A stretch of DNA of 64,000 nucleotides from assembly GCA_043228905.1 (NCBI GenBank), contig JBHGNT010000006.1, forward strand, positions 7,874,001 to 7,938,000, written 5' to 3'. A model generated the notes under the pieces. It saw nothing but the letters and a program-made list of their open reading frames with translations, did no database searches and had not been told where the DNA came from. Below are positions 37,952 through 49,687 of this stretch, one piece after another (the first letter of the stretch is position 1; each line of letters begins with the position of its first letter). This stretch comes from Azolla caroliniana (lineage: Eukaryota > Plantae > Polypodiophyta). Position numbers and translations under genes: made by a program.

Positions 37952-38222
37952 GTCCGGTTCTCACCGGGTCTGTACCATCTGGTTCAATGTAACCGGGTAC
38001 TCCTCATCCGGTCTTCACCGGGTCTGTATCATCCAGCTCTCCGTAACCGGGTACTCCTCATCCGGTCTTCACCGGGTTTGTATCATCTGGCTCTCCGTAG
38101 CCGGGTACTCCTCATTCGGTCTTCACCGGGTCTGTATCATCCGACTCTCCATAGCCGGGTCCTCCTCATCCGGTCTTCACCGGGTCTGTATCATCCGGCT
38201 CTCCGTAGCCGGGTCCACCTCA
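37952..38222. repeat. 54-bp tandem repeat x5 in the Copia C LTR (also 49849-50108 and 50638-50852)
   Basis: Unit TCCGGTCTTCACCGGGTCTGTATCATCCGGCTCTCCGTAGCCGGGTACTCCTCA. Confidence 0.92.
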
Positions 38223-39822
38223 TACGGTTTCGGCCTCGGCTGAGTTTGTTCATCGGCACTGTTCTTCTCCCTTCCCATCCGGAGGGACCTGTCTCCCAAC
38301 AAACTCTCCCTTCACTCCGGCATGGGGTGTCTTACCAGCCCGATCTTCTTCCGGCATGCGTTCAGCTTGTCGGGTGTCAACACTTTGGTCAGAATATCTG
38401 ACCCGTTCTCGGTCGTGTGGATCTTCGTCAGTGCGAACTCCTGGTCATCTACTCTTTCCCGGATCCAGTGATACCTCCGCTGGATATGCTTCGTCCGGGA
38501 ATGGCAGGCCGCATTCTTAGCAAGGTGGATGACACTTTGACTGTCGCAATAGAGTCGGTATTCCTCTTGCCGGATACCGAGCTCTCCGATGAAGTCCTTC
38601 ATCCATAATATTTCCTTGCCGGCTTCCATAGCCGCCATGAACTCCGCCTCCGTGGTTGACAATGCAACCGTCTTCTGCAGCCTCGACTGCCACGAAACAG
38701 CTCCCCCTGCATATGTCATTACATACCCGGATGTAGACCGGCTGGTATCCACATCAGCCGACATGTCCGAATCGGTGAAACCGTCCAGTTGAGGTTTTCC
38801 GGAGCCGAATCGGAGACACATATTTGATGTGCCCTTCAAATACCGGAGTATCCATTTGACCGCGTTCCAGTGCTCCTTGCCGGGATTGCTCATAAACCGG
38901 CTCACCACTCCGACTGCGTATCCTATGTCCGGTCGGGTACAAACCATTGCGTACATCAAGCTCCGACGGCAGAGGCATATGGAATCTACATCATACCCGC
39001 CTTCTTTGCTTTCGTCTTCGGGCTTTGCTTACCGGATAGCTTGCAGTTTGCCGGAAGTGTCGATCCGACCGGTTTCGCTTCTGACATGTTGAACCGGTGA
39101 AGCACCTTTGTCACGTTGTCGAGGTTTTCCTCGCGGATGCATGGAATGAGGCGGAACCTCGGGGGTCCTGTACCAAAGAGCAAGAGAGGAAGGAGAAGAG
39201 ACCCTCTACGCGCGAGCGTAGATCCACAGGGACACGGCCTTTCGACGCAAAGACGCAAGTGGGACAGCGACACAGAAAGACACGAATGTATGTATGTATT
39301 AACAAAGACAAACAACAAGAACACGAAGACAACAAAACCACGAAGTTGGTTACAACCGAACAGGCCGGCGAACAGATGCCGATGCCTGTTCGTAAACGCA
39401 CAGAAAGACAGGAGCAGGTTGGAGGTGCTGCCGGAAGCACTCGAGCATTCCTCAGAGCAGCGCGAGCCTCCCGAAACCTGCACAGAAGGAAGCTATGGAG
39501 TTTGCGAACCAGAGAGAGAGAGAGAAGCCTTTCCACGCAAACCGACAGCACTTCGTCCTCGACTCTCCGCGATCCCCCCCCCCCCTTCTCGTCTCCCTCC
39601 TTTTTATAGGCAAGGAAGGAGCCGTTTCCCCTTTACTTCCTACCCACTAAATCTACCCGCCTAGGATCTTCTATGGACAACATTCGAGAAGAGCCGGTTC
39701 CTACGCTCCTGTGCACCGATTCCGCTTGTGGACGGTTTTCTTCACGACATCCGCCCCCACCTAACCGCGCATCCACCGGCATGCGCCAAATTGAGTTGGG
39801 ACGGAGAAAACCGGTCCAGCCT

Positions 39823-42800
39823 TCATTCCCCGCCCGTCGGTTCTTCCTCGGTTTCGGATCGTTCGTCGTTGCGGTCGAGGCCAACCGGATCCGGCTCGTC
39901 ATCGTGACGCTTCTTGAACGCTTTGATCCGCTTCCCCGCTACCGGTATCTCCATTCTCGTACCGTCGAGTTCCTCCAGATGGTACGTCCCGTTGTCGTTG
40001 GCGCTTTGTACCACGTAAGGCCCGAACCACCTTCTTGCGAACTTCTGTGTCGCTTGGTGCTGGTTGTCAAGGTTGCTGTCGTAGACTAGCACCCAGTCGC
40101 CTTCCTCGATCTTCTTCGGTCGGAGCTGGTGCGTTCGGTCGAACCGGGCTTTGTTCCTCATCCTTGCTTCCCGAAGCTTTTCCGCAACCTGCTCCACGTC
40201 CTCCGGTCTTCGCTCGAGCTGTCGTATACGCGCCACCAGCAGCTCCTCCTGGCTCATCTCGTCTCTCCAGTCCACGGTTGCCCACGAGGAGATCGTACGT
40301 TCCATCGGCATGACCGGCTTCTGCCCAAACATGAGTTCTGCCGGCATGAATCCGGTTACCGAACTGTGCGTAGTTCGGTCCACCCACAACACGTAAGGCA
40401 ACAGCCGCGGCCAGTTCCCGACTTGACCTCCGCATGCCCGAACTAACGCCTTGACGATCGGTCCGTGTCCGCGCTCCACCTTCCCATTCGCCTCCGGATT
40501 ATACGCAGTGGTAAGCGAGAGCTTGACTCCTAGCCGGTCGAACAGTTCCTCGGCCTCTTCGGCGTCCAACTCCCCACGATCAGCCACGATCTTCCCGACG
40601 CACCCGTACCGGCATATCACGTCCTCGATCAGGAACCGACATACGGCCGTGGTCGTTTTGTTCTGAAGGGCTCGGCCTTCCACCTGGTTCGTCAGATCTT
40701 CCCGAGCCAGGACCAGATACCGCATCTGTCCTACGCCCATCGGCATCGTCACCAGATCTACCATCCATTTGAAGTGGATGGTCGGAGGGTACGTAGGGTG
40801 AAGCTCGTCCCGATGCCGGATTATGGAGTGTATCTGACAGCTCTCGCAAGTTGTCACGAACCGATGCACGTCCCGGTACAGTCCCGGCCACCAGTACTTC
40901 CCCTTTATCTTCTCGAACGTGGCCCACGTTCCACGGTGTCCGGCCCAAGGGCTGTCGTGGTAGCCCGTCAGCAGCTCCTCCTGTTCTTCCTTCATCGCCA
41001 CCACCCGGAGCGGGACGCCGTTCCTCTTCTTCGGGTGCTTCCATAAGTATCCGTCCCGGAGAAAGAATCGGTAAGCTTTCTTCCGGATCTGGTTGGCCTC
41101 GTCCTTCGTCCACGACGCATCCGGCGTCATCGTCCTCAAAAATCCACCGATCTGGAGCCACTCGCCATCGTACTTGCTCTCGTCGAAGTCGTTAAGTGCC
41201 GGAGTGCTCGTCCCATCGGCCGTTCCGTACGCTGCCTCGAAGAAGTCCACGCCGACTTCTTCGTCCTCCGAAACCATGCCGCCCTCGTCATCAAACCTTG
41301 CCCTCGAAAGCCTGTCGGCCATGACGTTGTCCTTTCCGGAAATGTGCCATATTTCCGGGTCCAGGGACTTGATGTACGCTATCCACTGGAGCATCGCCAG
41401 GTTCGGTGTCGCGCATCCGGAAACCATGCCGAGAATCGGCAGGCAATCCGTCTCGATAACCACTTCTGTCCCGATCAAGTAGTCTTTGTCGGCCTTTACT
41501 ACCGAAACGATACCCCAGAGTTCGCGTTTAACCTGGGCATACCCTCGCTGTCGTTCACTGAGAACCTTCGCGCCGAATCGGATCGGGAACCGAATGCCGT
41601 TCTTGTCCTCTTGGTTGATGACCCATCCGATCCCGGTCGGACTCGTATCCACTATTATGTATACCGGGGTACCCTTCCCGTAGACAGCCTTCCGGAGCGC
41701 CGGTGCTGCCGCAAGAGCTTCCTTCAGCTTCCGGACCGACTCCGTGTGCTCGTCTCGCCACTCGAATTTTCGCCCTTTCTTCAGCAACCCGTATAGCGGC
41801 TCCGCAACGTGGGCGTAATGCGGGATCCATATGTGGTAGAACGCGCATGCCCCCAGGAACCTCCGAACTTCCGTAACCGAGCTACAATCGGTCTTCATCG
41901 CGGAGATGGCTTCTACCTTTGCCGGAGACGGCTTCCGGCCATAAGGTCCACATAGGTGTCCGACCACCAGGATTTCCGATTGCCCGAAGGCCAATTTCTC
42001 CCCGGAGAAGGTGAGCCTCGCATCCTGTAGCCTTTGTAGCACCTTCTCGCAGTCGTCGATGTGTGCTGCCGCGAATCGCCGGCATCCGTCCGGCCCGAGT
42101 GTCTCATCCTTCTCTTCCACCGGGCACCCCTTGATCGGGATGTCGTCTAGAAACGGCATGGTGATGTCCGGGATGCAATCCCTCAGTACCTTGTTCATTG
42201 CATTCACCATGTGGGCCACCGAGTTGGTCCCTCCTTGTGGCAGGGTACACATTCGCACTAGGCCGAGGGGGGTTCGCATCGTCGTAATGTCTCTGCTCTC
42301 CACAGCTAGCTGGAACTGGTCGTACCCCGAGTACAGATCACCAACCGAGTAAATCGACCTTCCGGCGAAGGCCTCCGCGAACTCGTCTATGGTCGGTCCG
42401 ATTCCTGCATTCCAAATGGTCACTCTGTTGACCGGCTGCAGGTCTTGAATGAAGCGCATCGTTCCGTTTTTCTTTGGTACGGTAAACCATCGGTTCGAGT
42501 ATGGGGCACTCGACGGTTCGAGAATGCCCATATCTACTTTCTGCCTCAATAGCTCCATCAACTTCGGGATGTGAGCTCTCGGTACCGGAATCGGCTTGAG
42601 ATTCCACGGCACATGCGGTACCGTGAATATCACCATCGGCTCCACGATCGTCGGGTCTACGCACCCGATCTCTTCCGGCGAGAACGTGAAGGCTTTCCCG
42701 TGCCTCCCGAGCATTCTCCGAAACCGGTCTTCCTCCGCCGGCAGTAGGAACCCGCCCCCACCGATCTTGAGCTCCCGGAGCGTCCCGTCGGTGAAGGTGT

Positions 42801-43326
42801 GTCCTATGCAGGCCGCATCTCGTAAACTAGGGTCCGACGCAACCCCTCTGATCCGGGACTCACTGCCCTCCGGTAAGGGTGCCGCGACTGGCCTTACCTT
42901 CCGGTCCACAGTCTTGTACTTCGTGCTAACTCGGGCCATCCGATCCGACCCGAGCCCCCGACTGAAGTTCACGATGACTTCGTACATCTCTTCGGAACAT
43001 ACCGGTATCGTCCGGTCTTCGTTAAGGTCTTCTCCGGCTACTTTCCTCAGCATTCCCAAGGTGTCGTCGAAGGAGACCGCCTCCACGGCTCCGCTGATTT
43101 CCTTGTCCGGGCCGAGAACTCCGCACGCTCGAAGTCGCTCCTCCGCCCTTGCCCTTTCTCGGCCAACGATGCCGACTATCATACATCCTCCGTTGCCGGA
43201 GAAGCAGAATTTTCTACCTATCATACAAGGTTTCTTCGGTTTCGGTTCTATCGTACAGCTGTGGGGTCTTCCCCGAGTGTCCGGACTGTCTCGGCCCCAC
43301 GCCTTGGCAGCCCTCTCTAAAAATCC
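39823..43326 (-). CDS. pol: W4 pol (RT-RNase H-integrase), open frame, entered by predicted -1 frameshift
   Basis: Uninterrupted 1133-aa ORF 39823..43224 that extends upstream to the slippery site; FLDD, DTS...RELW...TD, HHCC, D-D-E and GPY motifs; no chromodomain seen. Confidence 0.9.
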   Translation of the reverse strand, partial: GFLERAAKAWGRDSPDTRGRPHSCTIEPKPKKPCMIGRKFCFSGNGGCMIVGIVGRERARAEERLRACGVLGPDKEISGAVEAVSFDDTLGMLRKVAGEDLNEDRTIPVCSEEMYEVIVNFSRGLGSDRMARVSTKYKTVDRKVRPVAAPLPEGSESRIRGVASDPSLRDAACIGHTFTDGTLRELKIGGGGFLLPAEEDRFRRMLGRHGKAFTFSPEEIGCVDPTIVEPMVIFTVPHVPWNLKPIPVPRAHIPKLMELLRQKVDMGILEPSSAPYSNRWFTVPKKNGTMRFIQDLQPVNRVTIWNAGIGPTIDEFAEAFAGRSIYSVGDLYSGYDQFQLAVESRDITTMRTPLGLVRMCTLPQGGTNSVAHMVNAMNKVLRDCIPDITMPFLDDIPIKGCPVEEKDETLGPDGCRRFAAAHIDDCEKVLQRLQDARLTFSGEKLAFGQSEILVVGHLCGPYGRKPSPAKVEAISAMKTDCSSVTEVRRFLGACAFYHIWIPHYAHVAEPLYGLLKKGRKFEWRDEHTESVRKLKEALAAAPALRKAVYGKGTPVYIIVDTSPTGIGWVINQEDKNGIRFPIRFGAKVLSERQRGYAQVKRELWGIVSVVKADKDYLIGTEVVIETDCLPILGMVSGCATPNLAMLQWIAYIKSLDPEIWHISGKDNVMADRLSRARFDDEGGMVSEDEEVGVDFFEAAYGTADGTSTPALNDFDESKYDGEWLQIGGFLRTMTPDASWTKDEANQIRKKAYRFFLRDGYLWKHPKKRNGVPLRVVAMKEEQEELLTGYHDSPWAGHRGTWATFEKIKGKYWWPGLYRDVHRFVTTCESCQIHSIIRHRDELHPTYPPTIHFKWMVDLVTMPMGVGQMRYLVLAREDLTNQVEGRALQNKTTTAVCRFLIEDVICRYGCVGKIVADRGELDAEEAEELFDRLGVKLSLTTAYNPEANGKVERGHGPIVKALVRACGGQVGNWPRLLPYVLWVDRTTHSSVTGFMPAELMFGQKPVMPMERTISSWATVDWRDEMSQEELLVARIRQLERRPEDVEQVAEKLREARMRNKARFDRTHQLRPKKIEEGDWVLVYDSNLDNQHQATQKFARRWFGPYVVQSANDNGTYHLEELDGTRMEIPVAGKRIKAFKKRHDDEPDPVGLDRNDERSETEEEPTGGE

Positions 43327-45449
43327 TCCCGGTTCTCGCCACCGAGGGATTCGCAGTTCCGCTTGTGGTTCGGTCTCACGGTCAGAAATTGGACCGAATG
43401 GCGCCCGTCCTGGCTTTTGACCCTTGCGTAGGCCGAACCGTTGTCTAGCACCTTGGTCTCCATTCGCGCCGCCGTGATGTATGGTTCACCTAATATGACC
43501 GGGTGCGAAGACGTCTCCTGTACGAAGAAGTGCTGGTCAATCTCGACGTCGCCGATCTTGACTCGCACGTTCGGGCAGGCCCCGTGCAGTTCCTCGGTGG
43601 CGCGCGTCGCCGCCCGCATCTTCCACCCGTGCTTGGTGTTGATCGGCCACTTTCCCTTCTTATAGAAGTCCATTGACATCAGGTTTATTTCCGAACCGTG
43701 GTCCACCAATGCCACCACCGGTTCCTGAACATCTCCGATCTTCACTGGGGTCTCCATGGTTGCTCGGGCCTAGTGTGGCCTCGAATAGTGGCTCTCCGCC
43801 CACTCATCTACCAGCGCCGAGTCGTCGATGTGCGTCGTCCGCACCTCTACCGGTCTTTCCGGATCCGTCTCCGTCGACAGCCTCTTCCGTTTCACCAAGT
43901 CTACAATGGAGTCGTGGAACTCCTTCTTGGCGATCCCTAGCACCTCCCGCAATGACAGCTCCACCTTGCTGTCGAGGATCCGTTCCTCTAGGACCTTTCG
44001 TAGGTCCGTAGTCCTTTCTATTTCCGTCCCCAGTCGGTATCCGCCCTTCCTGGGGTTATCTTGCGAGCTGGACCCACCGGCATCGTTCCGTCGCTGCCCG
44101 AATTGGGTCTCGTACCGTTGTGAGGGCTCGGCCGCCCCGACTTTCCCCACTCGTTTGTCTTCTACCAGAGCCTCGTAGTTCCGGCAGGCGGCTTCTACGA
44201 AGCCCGTCTTCTCCTCGACCGGGTCGCTCCACCCGGTTACTTCCCGGACCCGTCTCTCAGCGCGGTCCATTTCATCCTTCCTCAACCGTGTGCCGTCGAG
44301 GCCTTCCAGCATTGCCGACCAGAAACCGTCTTTGCTCTCCTTTCGGGCCTCGCTGCCCCCGACCTGAATACCGGCCGACGCCGAGTAGTGGATGGCCTCC
44401 ACGTGTTGGGCCGCTGCCTCTTCCATCAGTCTCTTCATACCTCCTCGCCCGTCGTTTCGGTTCAGGGCCCTCCTGGTGTCGCCGGCGTGCATCCGGCCTT
44501 CCCACAGGTACACCACCCGGTTCCTCAACGGCTCTGCGAAATCGCCGCAGTCCTTCCGAATGTGGCCGACCTCGTCGCACCACATGCACCTGTTCCCCAC
44601 TGCCGGCCGTCGGTCACGAGCCGGTTCACCGCCTTCCCTTCGAGTCTGGGTGATCTAGAGATCCTTTATCGCCCGCGTCAACTCCTCCAGCGCTGCTCCT
44701 CCGGACGAGCCATTGACCATGCCAGTCGAAGCCGAACCGGTTTCGAGCCATTCCCGGGTTTCTTCCCTTCGCACTTGCGGTGCCGGTTCAAGCCTCCTTG
44801 CTGTGACAGAACCCGCACCGGCCGCCCCGTTGTCAGCCCATTCTCGCCGTTTGTCGAAACGGCCACAGACTCTCTTAACCGCAGCCAAGTCGGTTGTCAG
44901 CCCGTCTTCGGTTTCCAGCAAGGAGCCGACTTGATCCCGGTCCCGCTCGTCCACCGACTTGACGAACAGTAGGACCCGACTCGTATCCAGAACGGCTCGG
45001 TCAAGCGCCGAAAGGCGCGCAAAGCGTTCTTCGAACTCCCGGAGGAGTGCCGACGCGTTTCTTCCCTTGCCGGGGGACTCCACCCATTCCATGAAGTCCC
45101 GCTTCGAAAGCCGGAGCGCGTCGTCCAGCCCGTATTTTTCTAGGAGTCGGCCTTCGAACTCCTCCAAGGTACGGCTCTCCGCCCGCACCTCGAGCACCTC
45201 CGCATGGATGCTCGACATCGCTACTCGAGGAAACCCGGCGAGACGCCTCTCTTCCGGAATGTCCCGCATCAGCATTTCTGCCCCGTAGGACGCCAAATCC
45301 TTCGTGGCATCCTTTCCGCTGAACCGGCCGATCGTACCGACGACCGCCTCAATTGCTCTGACGAGGGCGCCAGTGCCCTCGCGTGCACTCAATATCCGAT
45401 CCACGGCCGAAGCCATAGCCTCTGCAAGATCCGACCCCTTCATCTTTTG
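43317..45449 (-). pseudogene. gag: W4 gag-protease ORF1 with two premature TAG stops (44655, 43770)
   Basis: In-frame ORFs 44655..45470, 43770..44600 and 43317..43757; CMWCDEVGHIRKDC; ALVDHGSEIN. Confidence 0.88.
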
Positions 45450-48400
45450 CTCTTCTGCCGCCTCCTTCACGTCGGGTTCACCAAGATGTCGAGGTTTTCC
45501 TCGCGGATGCGTGGAATGAGGCGGAACCTCGGGGGTCCTGTACCAAAGAGCAAGAGAGGAAGGAGAAGAGACCCTCTACGCGCGAGCGTAGATCCACAGG
45601 GACACGGCCCTTCGACCCAAAGACGCAAGTGGGATAGCGACACAGAAAGACACAAATGTATGTATGTATTAACAAAGACAAACAACAAGAACACGAAGAC
45701 AACAAAACCCGGCGAACAGATGCCGATGCCTGTTCGTAAACGCACAGAAAGACAGGAGCAGGTTGGAGGTGCTGCCGGAAGCACTCGGGCATTCCTCAGA
45801 GCAGCGCGAGCCTCCCGAAACCTGCACAGAAGGAAGCTATGGAGTTTGCGAACCAGAGAGAGAGAGAGAGAAGCCTTTCCACGCAAACCGACAGTACTTC
45901 GTCCTCGACTCTCCGCGATTCCCCCCCCCCTTCTCGTCTCCCTCCTTTTTATAGGCAAGGAAGGAGCCGTTTCCCCTTTACTTCCTACCCACTAAATCTA
46001 CCCGCCTAGGATCTTCTATGGACAACATTCGAGAAGAGCTGGTTCCTACGCTCCTATGCACCGATTCCGCTTGTGGACGGTTTTCTTCACGACAACGTAC
46101 TTCTCCTGTGACAGCCATAATTGCTTCTTTGACCGGTCCCGAATGATATGCATCCCCAGCATCTGTCTTGCCGGACCCAAGTCTTTCATTGAGAAGGTCC
46201 GGTTGAGAGCCTTCTTCAGCATCCGTATTTTGACTTGGTCACGTCCGACGATCAACATGTCATCCACGTAAAGAAGGAGTATCAGGAAGTCGCCTCCTTC
46301 AAACTTCTTCACAAACACGCAGTGATCGGCCTGCGTCTTGTGGTACCCTTGATCGGTCATGAAGGAGTGGAACTTCCGGTACCATTGTCGGGGAGCCTGC
46401 TTCAGTCCGTACAGGCTCTTCTTCAACCGGCATACCAGGTGCTCCTTCCCTTTCTCCACGAATCCTTCCAGTTGCTGCATGTAGATCTCCTCTTCGAGGT
46501 CGCCGTGAAGGAATGCCGTCTTCACGTCCAGCTGCTCTACCTCGAGGTCCATGCTTGCTTCTATACTCAGCACCGTCCGGATGGAGGTCATCTTTACTAC
46601 TGGGGCAAATATCTCGTCGAAGTCCACGCCCTTCTTCTGCTGGAACCCCTTCACCACGATCTTGGCTTTGTATCTCGGGGGGTTGCCGGCATCTCCCGGT
46701 TTCAACTTGTACACCCACTTGTTTCGGAGTGCCCGCTTTCCTTTCCGTAATTCCACCAATTTGTACGTATGGTTCTCATGCAGGGAATCCATCTCATCCT
46801 GCATGGCACTTAACCATTTTCGGCCGTGGGTGTCTTCCTTCGCTTCTTCGAAGCTTTCCGGCTCCCCCTCATCGGTCAGCAGAACATGCTCTGCATCCGG
46901 AAATCTCCGGGGCGCCCTTCTCTCTCTGAGAGGATATCTCCGTCTTCGGGCTTCGGTAACCGGCTCGTCCATCTACTCTTCATCTGAATCCGATTCGGGG
47001 TCTAGGCCGGTTCCGGTTTCAGCTTCCACTACTACTTCTTCAGCCTGTTCGGTATCCTCACCGTAATCGGCTGGTCCCTCGAGTGCTAACCGGTCTCTTG
47101 CCGGTTGGGTCTGCTCATCGTAGAGTCGATCCTTACCAGTCGACTCAGAGTTCATTATCTTCTTCTCTGACTCCCAGTCGGCGAGCGTCTTGTCCTCCAT
47201 GAAGATAATATCTCGACTCCGGAATACCTTCTTGTCGACCGGGTCCCACACTCAGTAGCCGAACTCATCGCCACCGTAACCGAGGAATATGCATGGCCGG
47301 GTCTTTGGATCTAGCTTTCCTCTCCGGTCCTCAGCTACATGCACGTACGCGAGACACCCGAATACCTTCAGATGCCGGTAGGATACTTCCTTACCGGTCC
47401 ATACTCTCTATGGCATGTCTCTGTCCAAGGGTACTGAGGGTGATCTGTTTATCACATATGTCGCCGTCGACAGTGCCTCAGCCCAAAACTTCTTGGGTAG
47501 TTTTGCATGTGCTAGCATACTCCGGACCCTCTCCATTATGGTCCAGTTCATCCTCTCGGCCAGCCCGTTTAGTTCCGGTGTCTTCGGCACGGTAAATTCG
47601 AGCCGGATTCCCTTCGAGCGGCAGTACTCCTCGAACTGCCCCCGGTATTCTCCTGTGTTATCTGCTCGAACCGCCTTCAGCTTCAGCCGGTTTCTCTTTC
47701 CACTCTCGCGTGAAGCTCTTTGAAGACGGATAACACCTGATCCTTCGTCTTCAACGGTGTGGCCCACAGCTTCCGGCTGTGGTCATCTATGAACGTCACG
47801 AAGTACTGCGCTCCGGCATGTGACTTCGTGTCTACCTGACACACATCCGTATGCACCAACTCCAGTGGTGCATTACGTCTCATCGGTGGCCTTGGTCGGA
47901 AGGAGGTCCGGTTCTGCTTACCGGCCAGACAATCAGTGCACTTCTGTAAGTGCACGTTCTTCACTGGAATGAGGTTGTCGTCTACAAGCCTCTTCATCCC
48001 CTTCTCGCTCATATGACACAACCTCTTGTGCCACAGCTCACCGGCAGTGTCGGATGTCACGTTCACTTCTTCCGGGCATAGCCGGGCATTCATCAAGTAC
48101 AATGTGTTTACCTTTCGGGCCCGAGCCACAATCAGGCTCCCTTTGCTGAACTTCATGATGCCGTTCCGGATGCTACCCGTGTAGCACTCATCATCTAGCC
48201 GACCGGCTGATATCAGGTTCAGACAAACTTCCGGAACGTGTTGGACATCCTTCAGCAGCAACTTGCATCCGGTTGGTGTTGTTAGCCACACGTCTCCTAT
48301 GTCGACAATTCAACATGTTCCTTCATTCCCCATCCGGACACAGCCGTGATCACCGGCTGAATAGGATGAGAAGCATTTCCGGTCCGGGGTAAGGTGGGTC

Positions 48401-49645
48401 TACCACCTAGGTCATCTCGTCGCCGGCAAGGTTTATCTCACTCTCCTCGGTGATGAGCATCAACTCTTCTTGACTTGCCGCGATTGTCGTCGTTCCCTTC
48501 CGGTCCGGTCCCCTCCGGTCTTTACCGTTCCGGTCTTAACCGTTCTAGTCCAGGGTTTGCTTCGAATCAGTACCGTCGGTTTCCTTGTCTTTACGGAAAT
48601 GCCAACAGTTCTTTTGGAAGTGTCTCGGCTTGCCGCAATAGAAGCAAGTAGGCCTTCCCCTTGACTTTGACCGTGTCCCCGACTTCTCCCGGTTTTGGGG
48701 ACTACGGTTTCTATGTCTTCCGCGTTCCGATTCGGTAAGAAGCGCTTAGGAGTCGGAGCTCGTATCTTTGTCTTTCCGACGCGCCTCCTCATCTAGCAAA
48801 CTCGACTTTACTCTTGCTAGGGATAACCGCTTTCCTTCCGGCCCGGCGTTGCCCAAAGTGACAACCAACGTCTCCCAGCTATCCGGGAGGGAACCGAGCA
48901 GGAGTAGCGCTAGTACCTCATCGGCAAGAGGTACTTCCAATGACGTTGCCTGGTGGATCAGCCCCTGGAAGGCATTCATGTGCTCCGCCATGCTGGAGCC
49001 ATCTTGGAACTGGAGTCTTACTAGCTTCCGGAATACCGACACCTGATTGACAACATTTTTGTTCTGAAACATTATGCTGATCTTCTCCTAGAGCTAATGA
49101 GCCTTGCTCTCTTCATTGAAGTTGTTGTATAGGCTCATGTCGATGAAGCACCGTATGTACGCCGTTGTCTTCATGTGCATCACCTCCCATATTGTGGCGT
49201 CGATCTTGTCCGGTCTCTTGTCCCCGAACTGAACCGGTAGCCAAAGATCTTTGACCACGAGCATGTCTCTCATCTTCGACTTCCACACTGAATAGTTGGA
49301 GCCGGTGAGGTTGAACATGCCGCCAAACGATTCGTCCATTTTCTGTGTTGTTTCGCTCTGATACCACCTGACGGGAACTCAACACTCCTTATGCGCACCG
49401 CTCGGCCACAACCGAGCTTAGAATGATGCACAGAAAAATGGGAAATAAAACACGACACAAAGGAGAGAAAAGGGACACAGAATGTTTACGTGGAAAACCC
49501 CAAACTAGGGGAAAAACCACGGCAGCCCACTGGCTGCAAACTGTCACTATGTAAGAATGTACAATAGTGAGTTCACTAAGGCAACAACCTCGTGCTCACA
49601 GATCTTCGCCACAGGCGGCGGTTACAACAGAGGCAACGACTTCTT

Positions 49646-49687
<42 letters not shown>

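Larger units (their letters stand above)
39117..46094 (-). mobile_element. W-lineage Gypsy copy 4, full length, best preserved
   Basis: LTRs 39117-39749 and 45487-46094; TSD ACGT (39113-39116, 46095-46098); 18/18 tRNA-Trp PBS at 45466-45483. Confidence 0.96.

Noticed and set aside
37881-38243. ORFs with an 18-aa repeat, and possible CRISPR-like array
   Set aside because: Translation of the 54-bp LTR tandem repeat; no unique spacers and no cas genes.
39097-39664. ORFs within W LTRs as env-like or accessory genes
   Set aside because: Not conserved between W subfamily LTRs, and pol ends under 80 bp from the LTR, leaving no room for an extra gene.
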